Positions 45,201 to 61,189 of a stretch of DNA of 64,000 bases are shown in pieces. Position 1 is the stretch's first letter; the number at the start of each line of letters is the position of its first letter. The position numbers and the translations under genes were made by a program. The notes beneath the pieces are model-generated. The model searched no databases. It was not told where the DNA came from and was given only the letters and a program-made list of their open reading frames with translations. The stretch is from assembly GCA_032718475.1 (NCBI GenBank), contig JAUCBJ010009153.1, positions 1 to 64,000 on the forward strand. Reading direction: 5' to 3'. This DNA comes from Nemertoderma westbladi. Its lineage: Eukaryota; Animalia; Xenacoelomorpha.

Positions 45201-48200
45201 AACTCAAAGTTCGGCCATCTACCAGTACTACCTAGTAAAACAAACAAAGTTCGGCACTCTACCAGTACTACCTAGTGAAACAAACAAAGTTCGGCACTCT
45301 ACCGGTACTACCTAGTAAAACAAACAAAGTTCGGCACTCTACCAGTACTACCTAGTAAAACAAACAAAGTGCGGCACTCTACCGGTACTACCTAGTAAAA
45401 CAAACAAAGTGCGGCACTCTACACTACCTAGTAAAACAACCAAAGTGCGGCACTCTACCAGTACTACCTAGTGAAACAAACAAAGTGCGGCACTCTACCA
45501 GTACTACCTAGTAAAACAAACAAAGTCCGGCACTCTACCAGTACTACCTAGTAAAACAAACAAAGTGCGGCACTCTACCAGTACTACCAGTAAAACAAAC
45601 AAAGTGCGGCACTCTACCAGTACTACCTAGTAAAACAAACAAAGTGCGGCACTCTACCGGTACTACCTAGTAAAACAAACAAAGTGCGGCACTCTACCGG
45701 TACTACCTAGTGAAACAAACAAAGTTCGGCACTCTACCAGTACTACCTAGTGAAACAAACAAAGTTCGGCACTCTACCGGTACTACCTAGTAAAACAAAC
45801 AAAGTGCGGCACTCTACCAGTACTACCTAGTGAAACAAACAAAGTTCGGCACTCTACCAGTACTACCTAGTGAAACAAACAAAGTTCGGCACTCTACCGG
45901 TACTACCTAGTAAAACAAACGAAGTGCAGCACTCTACCAGTACTACCTAGTGAAACAAACAAAGTGCGGCACTCTACCAGTACTACCTAGTAAAACAAAC
46001 AAAGTGCGGCACTCTACCAGTACTACCTAGTGAAACAAACAAAGTGCGGCACTCTACCAGTACTACCTAGTAAAACAAACAAAGTGCGGCACTCTACCGG
46101 TACTACCTAGTGAAACAAACAAAGTGCGGCACTCTACCGGTACCACCTAGTGAAACAAACAAAGTTCGGCACTCTACCAGTACTACCTAGTAAAACAAAC
46201 AAAGTTCGGCACTCTACCGGTACTACCTAGTAAAACAAACAAAGTGCGGCACTCTACCAGTACTACCTAGTAAAACAAACAAAGTGCGGCACTCTACCGG
46301 TACTACCTAGTAAAACAAACAAAGTTCGGCACTCTACCGGTACTACCTAGTAAAACAAACAAAGTGCGGCACTCTACCGGTACTACCTAGTAAAACAAAC
46401 AAAGTGCGGCACTCTACCGGTACTACCTAGTAAAACAAACAAAGTGCGGCACTCTACCGGTACTACCTAGTAAAACTCAAAGTCCGGCACTCTACCAGTA
46501 CTACCTAGTAAAACAAACAAAGTGCGGCACTCTAACGGTACTACCTAGTAAAACTCAAAGTTCGGCACTCTACCGGTACTACCTAGTAAAACAAACAAAG
46601 TGCGGCACTCTACCAGTACTACCTGGTGAAACAAACAAAGTTCGGCACTCTACCAGTACTACCTAGTAATACAAACAAAGTGCGGCACTCTACCAGTACT
46701 ACCTAGTAAAACTCAAAGTTTGGCAATCTACCAGTACTACCTAGTAAAACAAACAAAGTGCGGCACTCTACCGGTACCACCTAGTGAAACAAACAAAGTT
46801 CGGCACTCTACCAGTACTACCTAGTAAAACAAACAAAGTTCGGCACTCTACCGGTACTACCTAGTAAAACAAACAAAGTGCGGCACTCTACCAGTACTAC
46901 CTGGTGAAACAAACAAAGTTCGGCACTCTACCAGTACTACCTAGTAAAACAAACACAGTGCGGCACTCTAACGGTACTACCTAGTAAAACTCAAAGTTCG
47001 GCACTCTACCGGTACTACCTAGTAAAACAAACAAAGTGCGGCACTCTACCGGTACCACCTAGTGAAACAAACAAAGTTCGGCACTCTACCAGTACTACCT
47101 AGTAAAACAAACAAAGTGCGACACTACCAGTACTACCTAGTAAAACAAACAAAGTTCGGCACTCTACCGGTACTACCTAGTAAAACAAACAAATTGCGGC
47201 ACTCTACCAGTACTACCTAGTAAAACAAACAAAGTCCGGCACTCTACCGGTACTACCTAGTAAAACTCAAAGTCCGGCACTCTACCAGTACTACCTAGTA
47301 AAACAAACAAAGTGCGACACTCTACCAGTACTACCCAGTAAAGCAAACAAAGTGCGGCACTCTACCAGTACTACCTAGTAAAACAAACAAAGTGCGGCAC
47401 TCTAACGGTACTACCTAGTAAAACTCAAAGTCCGGCACTCTACCGGTACTACCTAGTAAAACTCAAAGTCCGGCACTCTACCAGTACTACCTAGTAAAAC
47501 AAACAAAGTGCGACACTCTACCAGTACTACCCAGTAAAGCAAACAAAGTGCGGCACTCTAACGGTACTACCTAGTAAAACTCAAAGTCCGGCACTTTACC
47601 AGTACTACCTAGTAAAACAAACAAAGTGCGACACTCTACCAGTACTACCTAGTGAAACAAACAAAGTTCGGCACTCTACCGGTACTACCTAGTAAAACAA
47701 ACAAAGTGCGGCACTCTACCAGTACTACCTAGTAAAACAAACAAAGTGCGGCACTCTACCAGTACTACCTAGTAAAACTCAAAGTCCGGCACTCTACCAG
47801 TACTACCTAGTAAAACAAACAAAGTTCGGCACTCTACCGGTACTACCTAGTAAAACAAACAAAGTGCGGCACTCTACCAGTACTACCTAGTAAAACAAAC
47901 AAAGTGCGGCACTCTACCAGTACTACCTAGTAAAACTCAAAGTCCGGCACTCTACCAGTACTACCTAGTAAAACAAACAAAGTGCGGCACTCTACCAGTA
48001 CTACCTAGTAAAACAAACAAAGTGCGGCACTCTACCAGTACTACCCAGTAAAACAAACAAAGTGCGGCACTCTACCAGTACTACCTAGTAAAACAAACAA
48101 AGTGCGGCACTCTACCAGTACTACCTAGTAAAACAAACAAAGTGCGGCATTCTACCAGTACTACCTAGTAAAACAAACAAAGTGCGGCACTCTACCAGTA

Positions 48201-51200
48201 CTACCTAGTAAAACAAACAAAGTGCGGCACTCTAACGGTACTACCTAGTAAAACTCAAAGTTCGGCACTCTACCGGTACTACCTAGTAAAACAAACAAAG
48301 TGCGGCACTCTACCAGTACTACCTAGTAAAACTCAAAGTTCGGCAATCTACCAGTACTACCTAGTAAAACAAACAAAGTTCGGCACTCTACCAGTACTAC
48401 CTTGTGAAACTCAAAGTTCGGCCATCTACCAGTACTACCTAGTAAAACAAACAAAGTTCGGCACTCTACCAGTACTACCTAGTGAAACAAACAAAGTTCG
48501 GCACTCTACCGGTACTACCTAGTAAAACAAACAAAGTTCGGCACTCTACCAGTACTACCTAGTAAAACAAACAAAGTGCGGCACTCTACCGGTACTACCT
48601 AGTAAAACAAACAAAGTGCGGCACTCTACACTACCTAGTAAAACAACCAAAGTGCGGCACTCTACCAGTACTACCTAGTGAAACAAACAAAGTGCGGCAC
48701 TCTACCAGTACTACCTAGTAAAACAAACAAAGTCCGGCACTCTACCAGTACTACCTAGTAAAACAAACAAAGTGCGGCACTCTACCAGTACTACCAGTAA
48801 AACAAACAAAGTGCGGCACTCTACCAGTACTACCTAGTAAAACAAACAAAGTGCGGCACTCTACCGGTACTACCTAGTAAAACAAACAAAGTGCGGCACT
48901 CTACCGGTACTACCTAGTGAAACAAACAAAGTTCGGCACTCTACCAGTACTACCTAGTGAAACAAACAAAGTTCGGCACTCTACCGGTACTACCTAGTAA
49001 AACAAACAAAGTGCGGCACTCTACCAGTACTACCTAGTGAAACAAACAAAGTTCGGCACTCTACCAGTACTACCTAGTGAAACAAACAAAGTTCGGCACT
49101 CTACCGGTACTACCTAGTAAAACAAACGAAGTGCAGCACTCTACCAGTACTACCTAGTGAAACAAACAAAGTGCGGCACTCTACCAGTACTACCTAGTAA
49201 AACAAACAAAGTGCGGCACTCTACCAGTACTACCTAGTGAAACAAACAAAGTGCGGCACTCTACCAGTACTACCTAGTAAAACAAACAAAGTGCGGCACT
49301 CTACCGGTACTACCTAGTGAAACAAACAAAGTGCGGCACTCTACCGGTACCACCTAGTGAAACAAACAAAGTTCGGCACTCTACCAGTACTACCTAGTAA
49401 AACAAACAAAGTTCGGCACTCTACCGGTACTACCTAGTAAAACAAACAAAGTGCGGCACTCTACCAGTACTACCTAGTAAAACAAACAAAGTGCGGCACT
49501 CTACCGGTACTACCTAGTAAAACAAACAAAGTTCGGCACTCTACCGGTACTACCTAGTAAAACAAACAAAGTGCGGCACTCTACCGGTACTACCTAGTAA
49601 AACAAACAAAGTGCGGCACTCTACCGGTACTACCTAGTAAAACAAACAAAGTGCGGCACTCTACCGGTACTACCTAGTAAAACTCAAAGTCCGGCACTCT
49701 ACCAGTACTACCTAGTAAAACAAACAAAGTGCGGCACTCTAACGGTACTACCTAGTAAAACTCAAAGTTCGGCACTCTACTGGTACTACCTAGTAAAACA
49801 AACAAAGTGCGGCACTCTACCAGTACTACCTGGTGAAACAAACAAAGTTCGGCACTCTACCAGTACTACCTAGTAATACAAACAAAGTGCGGCACTCTAC
49901 CAGTACTACCTAGTAAAACTCAAAGTTTGGCAATCTACCAGTACTACCTAGTAAAACAAACAAAGTGCGGCACTCTACCGGTACCACCTAGAGAAACAAA
50001 CAAAGTTCGGCACTCTACCAGTACTACCTAGTAAAACAAACAAAGTTCGGCACTCTACCGGTACTACCTAGTAAAACAAACAAAGTGCGGCACTCTACCA
50101 GTACTACCTGGTGAAACAAACAAAGTTCGGCACTCTACCAGTACTACCTAGTAAAACAAACACAGTGCGGCACTCTAACGGTACTACCTAGTAAAACTCA
50201 AAGTTCGGCACTCTACCGGTACTACCTAGTAAAACAAACAAAGTGCGGCACTCTACCGGTACCACCTAGTGAAACAAACAAAGTTCGGCACTTTACCGGT
50301 ACTACCTAGTAAAACAAACAAAGTGCGGCACTCTACCAGTACTACCTAGTAAAACAAACAAAGTGCGGCACTCTACCGGTACTACCTAGTAAAACAAACA
50401 AAGTTCGGCACTCTACCGGTACTACCTAGTAAAACAAACAAAGTGCGGCACTCTACCAGTACTACCTAGTAAAACAAACAAAGTGCGGCACTCTACCGGT
50501 ACTACCTAGTAAAACAAACAAAGTTCGGCACTCTACCGGTACTACCTAGTAAAACAAACAAAGTGCGCCACTTTACCGGTACTACCTAGTAAAACAAACA
50601 AAGTGCGGCACTCTACCGGTACTACCTAGTAAAACAAACAAAGTGCGGCACTCTACCGGTACTACCTAGTAAAACAAACAAAGTTCGGCACTCTACCGGT
50701 ACTACCTAGTAAAACAAACAAAGTGCGGCACTCTACCGGTACTACCTAGTAAAACAAACAAAGTGCGGCACTCTACCGGTACTACCTAGTAAAACTCAAA
50801 GTCCGGCACTCTACCAGTACTACCTAGTAAAACAAACAAAGTGCGGCACTCTACCGGTACTACCTAGTAAAACAAACAAAGTGCGGCACTCTACCGGTAC
50901 TACCTAGTAAAACAAACAAAGTGCGGCACTCTACCGGTACTACCTAGTAAAACAAACAAAGTGCGGCACTCTACCGGTACTACCTAGTAAAACAAACAAA
51001 GTTCGGCACTCTACCGGTACTACCTAGTAAAACAAACAAAGTGCGGCACTCTACCGGTACTACCTAGTAAAACAAACAAAGTGCGGCACTCTACCGGTAC
51101 TACCTAGTAAAACTCAAAGTCCGGCACTCTACCAGTACTACCTAGTAAAACAAACAAAGTGCGGCACTCTAACGGTACTACCTAGTAAAACTCAAAGTTC

Positions 51201-54200
51201 GGCTCTCTACCGGTACTACCTAGTAAAACAAACAAAGTGCGGCACTCTACCAGTACTACCTGGTGAAACAAACAAAGTTCGGCACTCTACCAGTACTACC
51301 TAGTAATACAAACAAAGTGCGGCACTCTACCAGTACTACCTAGTAAAACTCAAAGTTCGGCACTCTACCGGTACTACCTAGTAAAACAAACAAAGTGCGG
51401 CACTCTACCAGTACTACCTAGTAAAACTCAAAGTTCGGCACTCTACCGGTACTACCTAGTAAAACAAACAAAGTGCGGCACTCTACCGGTACTACCTAGT
51501 AAAACAAACAAAGTGCGGCACTCTACCGGTACTACCTAGTAAAACAAACAAAGTGCGGCACTCTACCGGTACTACCTAGTAAAACTCAAAGTCCGGCACT
51601 CTACCAGTACTACCTAGTAAAACAAACAAAGTGCGGCACTCTAACGGTACTACCTATTAAAACTCAAAGTTCGGCACTCTACCGGTACTACCTAGTAAAA
51701 CAAACAAAGTGCGGCACTCTACCAGTACTACCTGGTGAAACAAACAAAGTTCGGCACTCTACCAGTACTACCTAGTAATACAAACAAAGTGCGGCACTCT
51801 ACCAGTACTACCTAGTAAAACTCAAAGTTTGGCAATCTACCAGTACTACCTAGTAAAACAAACAAAGTTCGGCACTCTACCAGTACTACCTAGTGAAACT
51901 CAAAGTTCGTCCATCTACCAGAACTACCTAGTAAAACAAACAAAGTTCGGCACTCTACCAGTACTACCTAGTGAAACAAACAAAGTTCGGCACTCTACCG
52001 GTACTACCTAGTAAAACAAACAAAGTCCGGCACTCTACCAGTACTACCTAGTAAAACAAACAAAGTGCGGCACTCTACCAGTACTACCTAGTGAAACAAA
52101 CAAAGTGCGGCACACTACCAGTACTACCTAGTAAAACAAACAAAGTGCGGCACTCTACCGGTACTACCTAGTGAAACAAACAAAGTGCGGCACTCTACCG
52201 GTACTACCTAGTGAAACAAACAAAGTTCGGCTCTCTACCAGTTCTACCTAGTGAAACAAACAAAGTTCGGCACTCTACCGGTACTACCTAGTAAAACAAA
52301 CAAAGTGCGGCACTCTACCAGTACTACCTAGTGAAACAAACAAAGTTCGGCACTCTACCAGTACTACCTAGTGAAACAAACAAAGTTCGGCACTCTACCG
52401 GTACTACCTAGTAAAACAAACAAAGTGCAGCACTCTACCGGTACAACCTAGTGAAACAAACAAAGTGCGGCACTCTACCAGTACTACCTAGTAAAACAAA
52501 CAAAGTGCGGCACTCTACCAGTACTACCTAGTGAAACAAACAAAGTGCGGCACTCTACCAGTACTACCTAGTAAAACAAACAAAGTGCGGCACTCTACCG
52601 GTACTACCTAGTGAAACAAACAAAGTGCGGCACTCTACCGGTACCACCTAGTGAAACAAACAAAGTTCGGCACTCTACCAGTACTACCTAGTAAAACAAA
52701 CAAAGTTCGGCACTCTACCAGTACTACCTTGTGAAACTCAAAGTTCGGCCATCTACCAGTACTACCTAGTAAAACAAACAAAGTTCGGCACTCTACCAGT
52801 ACTACCTAGTGAAACAAACAAAGTTCGGCACTCTACCGGTACTACCTAGTAAAACAAACAAAGTTCGGCACTCTACCAGTACTACCTAGTAAAACAAACA
52901 AAGTGCGGCACTCTACCGGTACTACCTAGTAAAACAAACAAATTGCGGCACTCTACACTACCTAGTAAAACAACCAAAGTGCGGCACTCTACCAGTACTA
53001 CCTAGTGAAACAAACAAAGTGCGGCACTCTACCAGTACTACCTAGTAAAACAAACAAAGTCCGGCACTCTACCAGTACTACCTAGTAAAACAAACAAAGT
53101 GCGGCACTCAACCAGTACTACCAGTAAAACAAACAAAGTGCGGCACTCTACCAGTACTACCTAGTAAAACAAACAAAGTGCGGCACTCTACCGGTACTAC
53201 CTAGTAAAACAAACAAAGTGCGGCACTCTACCGGTACTACCTAGTGAAACAAACAAAGTTCGGCACTCTACCAGTACTACCTAGTGAAACAAACAAAGTT
53301 CGGCACTCTACCGGTACTACCTAGTAAAACAAACAAAGTGCGGCACTCTACCAGTACTACCTAGTGAAACAAACAAAGTTCGGCACTCTACCAGTACTAC
53401 CTAGTGAAACAAACAAAGTTCGGCACTCTACCGGTACTACCTAGTAAAACAAACGAAGTGCAGCACTCTACCAGTACTACCTAGTGAAACAAACAAAGTG
53501 CGGCACTCTACCAGTACTACCTAGTAAAACAAACAAAGTGCGGCACTCTACCAGTACTACCTAGTAAAACAAACAAAGTGCGGCACTCTACCGGTACTAC
53601 CTAGTAAAACAAACAAAGTTCGGCACTCTACCGGTACTACCTAGTAAAACAAACAAAGTGCGGCACTCTACCGGTACTACCTAGTAAAACAAACAAAGTG
53701 CGGCACTCTACCGGTACTACCTAGTAAAACAAACAAAGTGCGGCACTCTACCGGTACTACCTAGTAAAACTCAAAGTCCGGCACTCTACCGGTACTACCT
53801 AGTAAAACAAACAAAGTGCGGCACTCTACCAGTACTACCTGGTGAAACAAACAAAGTTCGGCACTCTACCAGTACTACCTAGTAATACAAACAAAGTGCG
53901 GCACTCTACCAGTACTACCTAGTAAAACTCAAAGTTTGGCAATCTACCAGTACTACCTAGTAAAACAAACAAAGTGCGGCACTCTACCGGTACCACCTAG
54001 TGAAACAAACAAAGTTCGGCACTCTACCAGTACTACCTAGTAAAACAAACAAAGTTCGGCACTCTACCGGTACTACCTAGTAAAACAAACAAAGTGCGGC
54101 ACTCTACCAGTACTACCTGGTGAAACAAACAAAGTTCGGCACTCTACCAGTACTACCTAGTAAAACAAACACAGTGCGGCACTCTAACGGTACTACCTAG

Positions 54201-57200
54201 TAAAACTCAAAGTTCGGCACTCTACCGGTACTACCTAGTAAAACAAACAAAGTGCGGCACTCTACCGGTACCACCTAGTGAAACAAACAAAGTTCGGCAC
54301 TCTACCAGTACTACCTAGTAAAACAAACAAAGTTCGGCACTCTACCGGTACTACCTAGTAAAACAAACAAAGTGCGGCACTCTACCAGTACTACCTAGTA
54401 AAACAAACAAAGTGCGGCACTCTACCGGTACTACCTAGTAAAACAAACAAAGTTCGGCACTCTACCGGTACTACCTAGTAAAACAAACAAAGTGCGGCAC
54501 TCTACCGGTACTACCTAGTAAAACAAACAAAGTGCGGCACTCTACCGGTACTACCTAGTAAAACAAACAAAGTGCGGCACTCTACCGGTACTACCTAGTA
54601 AAACTCAAAGTCCGGCACTCTACCAGTACTACCTAGTAAAACAAACAAAGTGCGGCACTCTAACGGTACTACCTAGTAAAACTCAAAGTTCGGCTCTCTA
54701 CCGGTACTACCTAGTAAAACAAACAAAGTGCGGCACTCTACCAGTACTACCTGGTGAAACAAACAAAGTTCGGCACTCTACCAGTACTACCTAGTAATAC
54801 AAACAAAGTGCGGCACTCTACCAGTACTACCTAGTAAAACTCAAAGTTCGGCACTCTACCGGTACTACCTAGTAAAACAAACAAAGTGCGGCACTCTACC
54901 AGTACTACCTAGTAAAACTCAAAGTTCGGCACTCTACCGGTACTACCTAGTAAAACAAACAAAGTGCGGCACTCTACCGGTACTACCTAGTAAAACAAAC
55001 AAAGTGCGGCACTCTACCGGTACTACCTAGTAAAACAAACAAAGTGCGGCACTCTACCGGTACTACCTAGTAAAACAAACAAAGTGCAGCACTCTACCGG
55101 TACAACCTAGTGAAACAAACAAAGTGCGGCACTCTACCAGTACTACCTAGTAAAACAAACAAAGTGCGGCACTCTACCAGTACTACCTAGTGAAACAAAC
55201 AAAGTGCGGCACTCTACCAGTACTACCTAGTAAAACAAACAAAGTGCGGCACTCTACCGGTACTACCTAGTGAAACAAACAAAGTGCGGCACTCTACCGG
55301 TACCACCTAGTGAAACAAACAAAGTTCGGCACTCTACCAGTACTACCTAGTAAAACAAACAAAGTTCGGCACTCTACCGGTACTACCTAGTAAAACTCAA
55401 AGTTCGGCAATCTACCAGTACTACCTAGTAAAACAAACAAAGTTCGGCACTCTACCAGTACTACCTTGTGAAACTCAAAGTTCGGCCATCTACCATAACT
55501 ACCTAGTAAAACAAACAAAGTTCGGCACTCTACCAGTACTACCTAGGGAAACAAACAAAGTTCGGCACTCTACCGGTACTACCTAGTAAAACAAACAAAG
55601 TTCGGCACTCTACCAGTACTACCTAGTAAAACAAACAAAGTGCGGCACTCTACCGGTACTACCTAGTAAAACAAACAAAGTGCGGCACTCTACACTACCT
55701 AGTAAAACAACCAAAGTGCGGCACTCTACCAGTACTACCTAGTGAAACAAACAAAGTGCGGCACTCTACCAGTACTACCTAGTAAAACAAACAAAGTGCG
55801 GCACTCTACCAGTACTACCAGTAAAACAAACAAAGTGCGGCACTCTACCAGTACTACCTAGTAAAACAAACAAAGTGCGGCACTCTACCGGTACTACCTA
55901 GTAAAACAAACAAAGTGCGGCACTCTACCGGTACTACCTAGTGAAACAAACAAAGTTCGGCACTCTACCAGTACTACCTAGTGAAACAAACAAAGTTCGG
56001 CACTCTACCGGTACTACCTAGTAAAACAAACAAAGTGCGGCACTCTACCAGTACTACCTAGTGAAACAAACAAAGTTCGGCACTCTACCGGTACTACCTA
56101 GTAAAACAAACAAAGTGCGGCACTCTACCAGTACTACCTAGTGAAACAAACAAAGTTCGGCACTCTACCAGTCCTACCTAGTAAAACAAACAAAGTGCGG
56201 CACTCTACCGGTACTACCTAGTGAAACAAACAAAGTTCGGCACTCTACCGGTACTACCTAGTAAAACAAACGAAGTGCAGCACTCTACCAGTACTACCTA
56301 GTGAAACAAACAAAGTGCGGCACTCTACCAGTACTACCTAGTAAAACAAACAAAGTGCGGCACTCTACCAGTACTACCTAGTGAAACAAACAAAGTGTGG
56401 CACTCTACCAGTACTACCTAGTAAAACAAACAAAGTGCGGCACTCTACCGGTACTACCTAGTGAAACAAACAAAGTGCGGCACTCTACCGGTACCACCTA
56501 GTGAAACAAACAAAGTTCGGCACTCTACCAGTACTACCTAGTAAAACAAACAAAGTTCGGCACTCTACCGGTACTACCTAGTAAAACAAACAAAGTGCGG
56601 CACTCTACCAGTACTACCTAGTAAAACAAACAAAGTGCGGCACTCTACCGGTACTACCTAGTAAAACAAACAAAGTTCGGCACTCTACCGGTACTACCTA
56701 GTAAAACAAACAAAGTGCGGCACTCTACCGGTACTACCTAGTAAAACAAACAAAGTGCGGCACTCTACCGGTACTACCTAGTAAAACAAACAAAGTGCGG
56801 CACTCTACCGGTACTACCTAGTAAAACTCAAAGTCCGGCACTCTACCGGTACTACCTAGTAAAACAAACAAAGTGCGGCACTCTACCAGTACTACCTGGT
56901 GAAACAAACAAAGTTCGGCACTCTACCAGTACTACCTAGTAATACAAACAAAGTGCGGCACTTTACCAGTACTACCTAGTAAAACTCAAAGTTTGGCAAT
57001 CTACCAGTACTACCTAGTAAAACAAACAAAGTGCGGCACTCTACCGGTACCACCTAGTGAAACAAACAAAGTTCGGCACTCTACCAGTACTACCTAGTAA
57101 AACAAACAAAGTTCGGCACTCTACCGGTGCTACCTAGTAAAACAAACAAAGTGCGGCACTCTACCAGTACTACCTGGTGAAACAAACAAAGTTCGGCACT

Positions 57201-60200
57201 CTACCAGTACTACCTAGTAAAACAAACACAGTGCGGCACTCTAACGGTACTACCTAGTAAAACTCAAAGTTCGGCACTCTACCGGTACTACCTAGTAAAA
57301 CAAACAAAGTGCGGCACTCTACCGGTACCACCTAGTGAAACAAACAAAGTTCGGCACTCTACCAGTACTACCTAGTAAAACAAACAAAGTTCGGCACTCT
57401 ACCGGTACTACCTAGTAAAACAAACAAAGTGCGGCACTCTACCAGTACTACCTAGTAAAACAAACAAAGTGCGGCACTCTACCGGTACTACCTAGTAAAA
57501 CAAACAAAGTTCGGCACTCTACCGGTACTACCTAGTAAAACAAACAAAGTGCGGCACTCTACCGGTACTACCTAGTAAAACAAACAAAGTGCGGCACTCT
57601 ACCGGTACTACCTAGTAAAACAAACAAAGTGCGGCACTCTACCGGTACTACCTAGTAAAACTCAAAGTCCGGCACTCTACCAGTACTACCTAGTAAAACA
57701 AACAAAGTGCGGCACTCTAACGGTACTACCTAGTAAAACTCAAAGTTCGGCTCTCTACCGGTACTACCTAGTAAAACAAACAAAGTGCGGCACTCTACCA
57801 GTACTACCTGGTGAAACAAACAAAGTTCGGCACTCTACCAGTACTACCTAGTAATACAAACAAAGTGCGGCACTCTACCAGTACTACCTAGTAAAACTCA
57901 AAGTTCGGCACTCTACCGGTACTACCTAGTAAAACAAACAAAGTGCGGCACTCTACCAGTACTACCTAGTAAAACTCAAAGTTCGGCACTCTACCGGTAC
58001 TACCTAGTAAAACAAACAAAGTGCGGCACTCTACCGGTACTACCTAGTAAAACAAACAAAGTGCGGCACTCTACCGGTACTACCTAGTAAAACAAACAAA
58101 GTGCGGCACTCTACCGGTACTACCTAGTAAAACTCAAAGTCCGGCACTCTACCAGTACTACCTAGTAAAACAAACAAAGTGCGGCACTCTAACGGTACTA
58201 CCTAGTAAAACTCAAAGTTCGGCACTCTACCGGTACTACCTAGTAAAACAAACAAAGTGCGGCACTCTACCAGTACTACCTGGTGAAACAAACAAAGTTC
58301 GGCACTCTACCAGTACTACCTAGTAATACAAACAAAGTGCGGCACTCTACCAGTACTACCTAGTAAAACTCAAAGTTTGGCAATCTACCAGTACTACCTA
58401 GTAAAACAAACAAAGTTCGGCACTCTACGAGTACTAATAGTGAAACTCAAAGTTCGTCCATCTACCAGTACTACCTAGTAAAACAAACAAAGTTCGGCAC
58501 TCTACCAGTACTATCTAGTGAAACAAACAAAGTTCGGCACTCTACCGGTACTACCTAGTAAAACAAACAAAGTCCGGCACTCTACCAGTACTACCTAGTA
58601 AAACAAACAAAGTGCGGCACTCTACCAGTACTACCTAGTAAAACAAACAAAGTGCGGCACTCTACCAGTACTACCTAGTGAAACAAACAAAGTGCGGCAC
58701 TCTACCAGTACTACCTAGTAAAACAAACAAAGTTCGGCACTCTACCGGTACTACCTAGTAAAACAAACAAAGTGCGGCACTCTACCAGTACTACCTAGTA
58801 AAACAAACAAAGTGCGGCACTCTACCGGTACTACCTAGTAAAACAAACAAAGTTCGGCACTCTACCGGTACTACCTAGTAAAACAAACAAAGTGCGGCAC
58901 TCTACCGGTACTACCTAGTAAAACAAACAAAGTGCGGCACTCTACGGGTACTACCTAGTAAAACAAACAAAGTGCGGCACTCTACCGGTACTACCTAGTA
59001 AAACTCAAAGTCCGGCACTCTACCAGTACTACCTAGTAAAACAAACAAAGTGCGGCACTCTAACGGTACTACCTAGTAAAACTCAAAGTTCGGCTCTCTA
59101 CCGGTACTACCTAGTAAAACAAACAAAGTGCGGCACTCTACCAGTACTACCTGGTGAAACAAACAAAGTTCGGCACTCTACCAGTACTACCTAGTAATAC
59201 AAACAAAGTGCGGCACTCTACCAGTACTACCTAGTAAAACTCAAAGTTCGGCACTCTACCGGTACTACCTAGTAAAACAAACAAAGTGCGGCACTCTACC
59301 AGTACTACCTAGTAAAACTCAAAGTTCGGCACTCTACCGGTACTACCTAGTAAAACAAACAAAGTGCGGCACTCTACCGGTACTACCTAGTAAAACAAAC
59401 AAAGTGCGGCACTCTACCGGTACTACCTAGTAAAACAAACAAAGTGCGGCACTCTACCGGTACTACCTAGTAAAACTCAAAGTCCGGCACTCTACCAGTA
59501 CTACCTAGTAAAACAAACAAAGTGCGGCACTCTAACGGTACTACCTAGTAAAACTCAAAGTTCGGCACTCTACCGGTACTACCTAGTAAAACAAACAAAG
59601 TGCGGCACTCTACCAGTACTACCTGGTGAAACAAACAAAGTTCGGCACTCTACCAGTACTACCTAGTAATACAAACAAAGTGCGGCACTCTACCAGTACT
59701 ACCTAGTAAAACTCAAAGTTTGGCAATCTACCAGTACTACCTAGTAAAACAAACAAAGTTCGGCACTCTACGAGTACTAATAGTGAAACTCAAAGTTCGT
59801 CCATCTACCAGTACTACCTAGTAAAACAAACAAAGTTCGGCACTCTACCAGTACTACCTAGTGAAACAAACAAAGTTCGGCACTCTACCGGTACTACCTA
59901 GTAAAACAAACAAAGTCCGGCACTCTACCAGTACTACCTAGTAAAACAAACAAAGTGCGGCACTCTACCAGTACTACCTAGTGAAACAAACAAAGTGCGG
60001 CACTCTACCAGTACTACCTAGTAAAACAAACAAAGTGCGGCACTCTACCGGTACTACCTAGTGAAACAAACAAAGTGCGGCACTCTACCGGTACTACCTA
60101 GTGAAACAAACAAAGTTCGGCTCTCTACCAGTTCTACCTAGTGAAACAAACAAAGTTCGGCACTCTACCGGTACTACCTAGTAAAACAAACAAAGTGCGG

Positions 60201-61187
60201 CACTCTACCAGTACTACCTAGTGAAACAAACAAAGTTCGGCACTCTACCAGTACTACCTAGTGAAACAAACAAAGTTCGGCACTCTACCGGTACTACCTA
60301 GTAAAACAAACAAAGTGCAGCACTCTACCGGTCCAACCTAGTGAAACAAACAAACTGCGGCACTCTACCAGTACTACCTAGTAAAACAAACAAAGTGCGG
60401 CACTCTACCAGTACTACCTAGTGAAACAAACAAAGTGCGGCACTCTACCAGTACTACCTAGTAAAACAAACAAAGTGCGGCACTCTACCGGTACTACCTA
60501 GTGAAACAAACAAAGTGCGGCACTCTACCGGTACCACCTAGTGAAACAAACAAAGTTCGGCACTCTACCAGTACTACCTAGTAAAACAAACAAAGTTCGG
60601 CACTCTACCGGTACTACCTAGTAAAACAAACAAAGTGTGGCACTCTACCAGTACTACCTAGTAAAACAAACAAAGTGCGGCACTCTACCAGTACTACCTA
60701 GTAAAACTCAAAGTTCGGCACTCTACCGGTACTACCTAGTAAAACAAACAAAGTGCGGCACTCTACCGGTACTACCTAGTAAAACAAACAAAGTGCGGCA
60801 CTCTACCGGTACTACCTAGTAAAACAAACAAAGTGCGGCACTCTACCGGTACTACCTAGTAAAACTCAAAGTCCGGCACTCTACCAGTACTACCTAGTAA
60901 AACAAACAAAGTGCGGCACTCTAACGGTACTACCTAGTAAAACTCAAAGTTCGGCACTCTCCCGGTACTACCTAGTAAAACAAACAAAGTGCGGCACTCT
61001 ACCAGTACTACCTAGTAAAACTCAAAGTTTGGCAATCTACCAGTACTACCTAGTAAAACAAACAAAGTTCGGCACTCTACCAGTACTACCTAGTGAAACT
61101 CAAAGTTCGTCCATCTACCAGTACTACCTAGTAAAACAAACAAAGTTCGGCACTCTACCAGTACTACCTAGTGAAACAAACAAAGTT
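39263..61187 (+). repeat. 40/38-bp satellite array (block 5, ~22 kb) with kb-scale internal duplications
   Basis: Same monomer; rare 5-bp-deletion variant CTCTACACTACC recurs at ~45421, 48628, 52955, 55692. Confidence 0.99.
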
Positions 61188-61189
61188 TA

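Noticed and set aside
17255-60819. Short ORFs within the satellite (KQTKFGTLPVLPS... at 17255, 17884, 39623, 51829, 60637)
   Set aside because: Chance stop-free runs created by alternation of 40- and 38-bp monomers; non-ATG starts.
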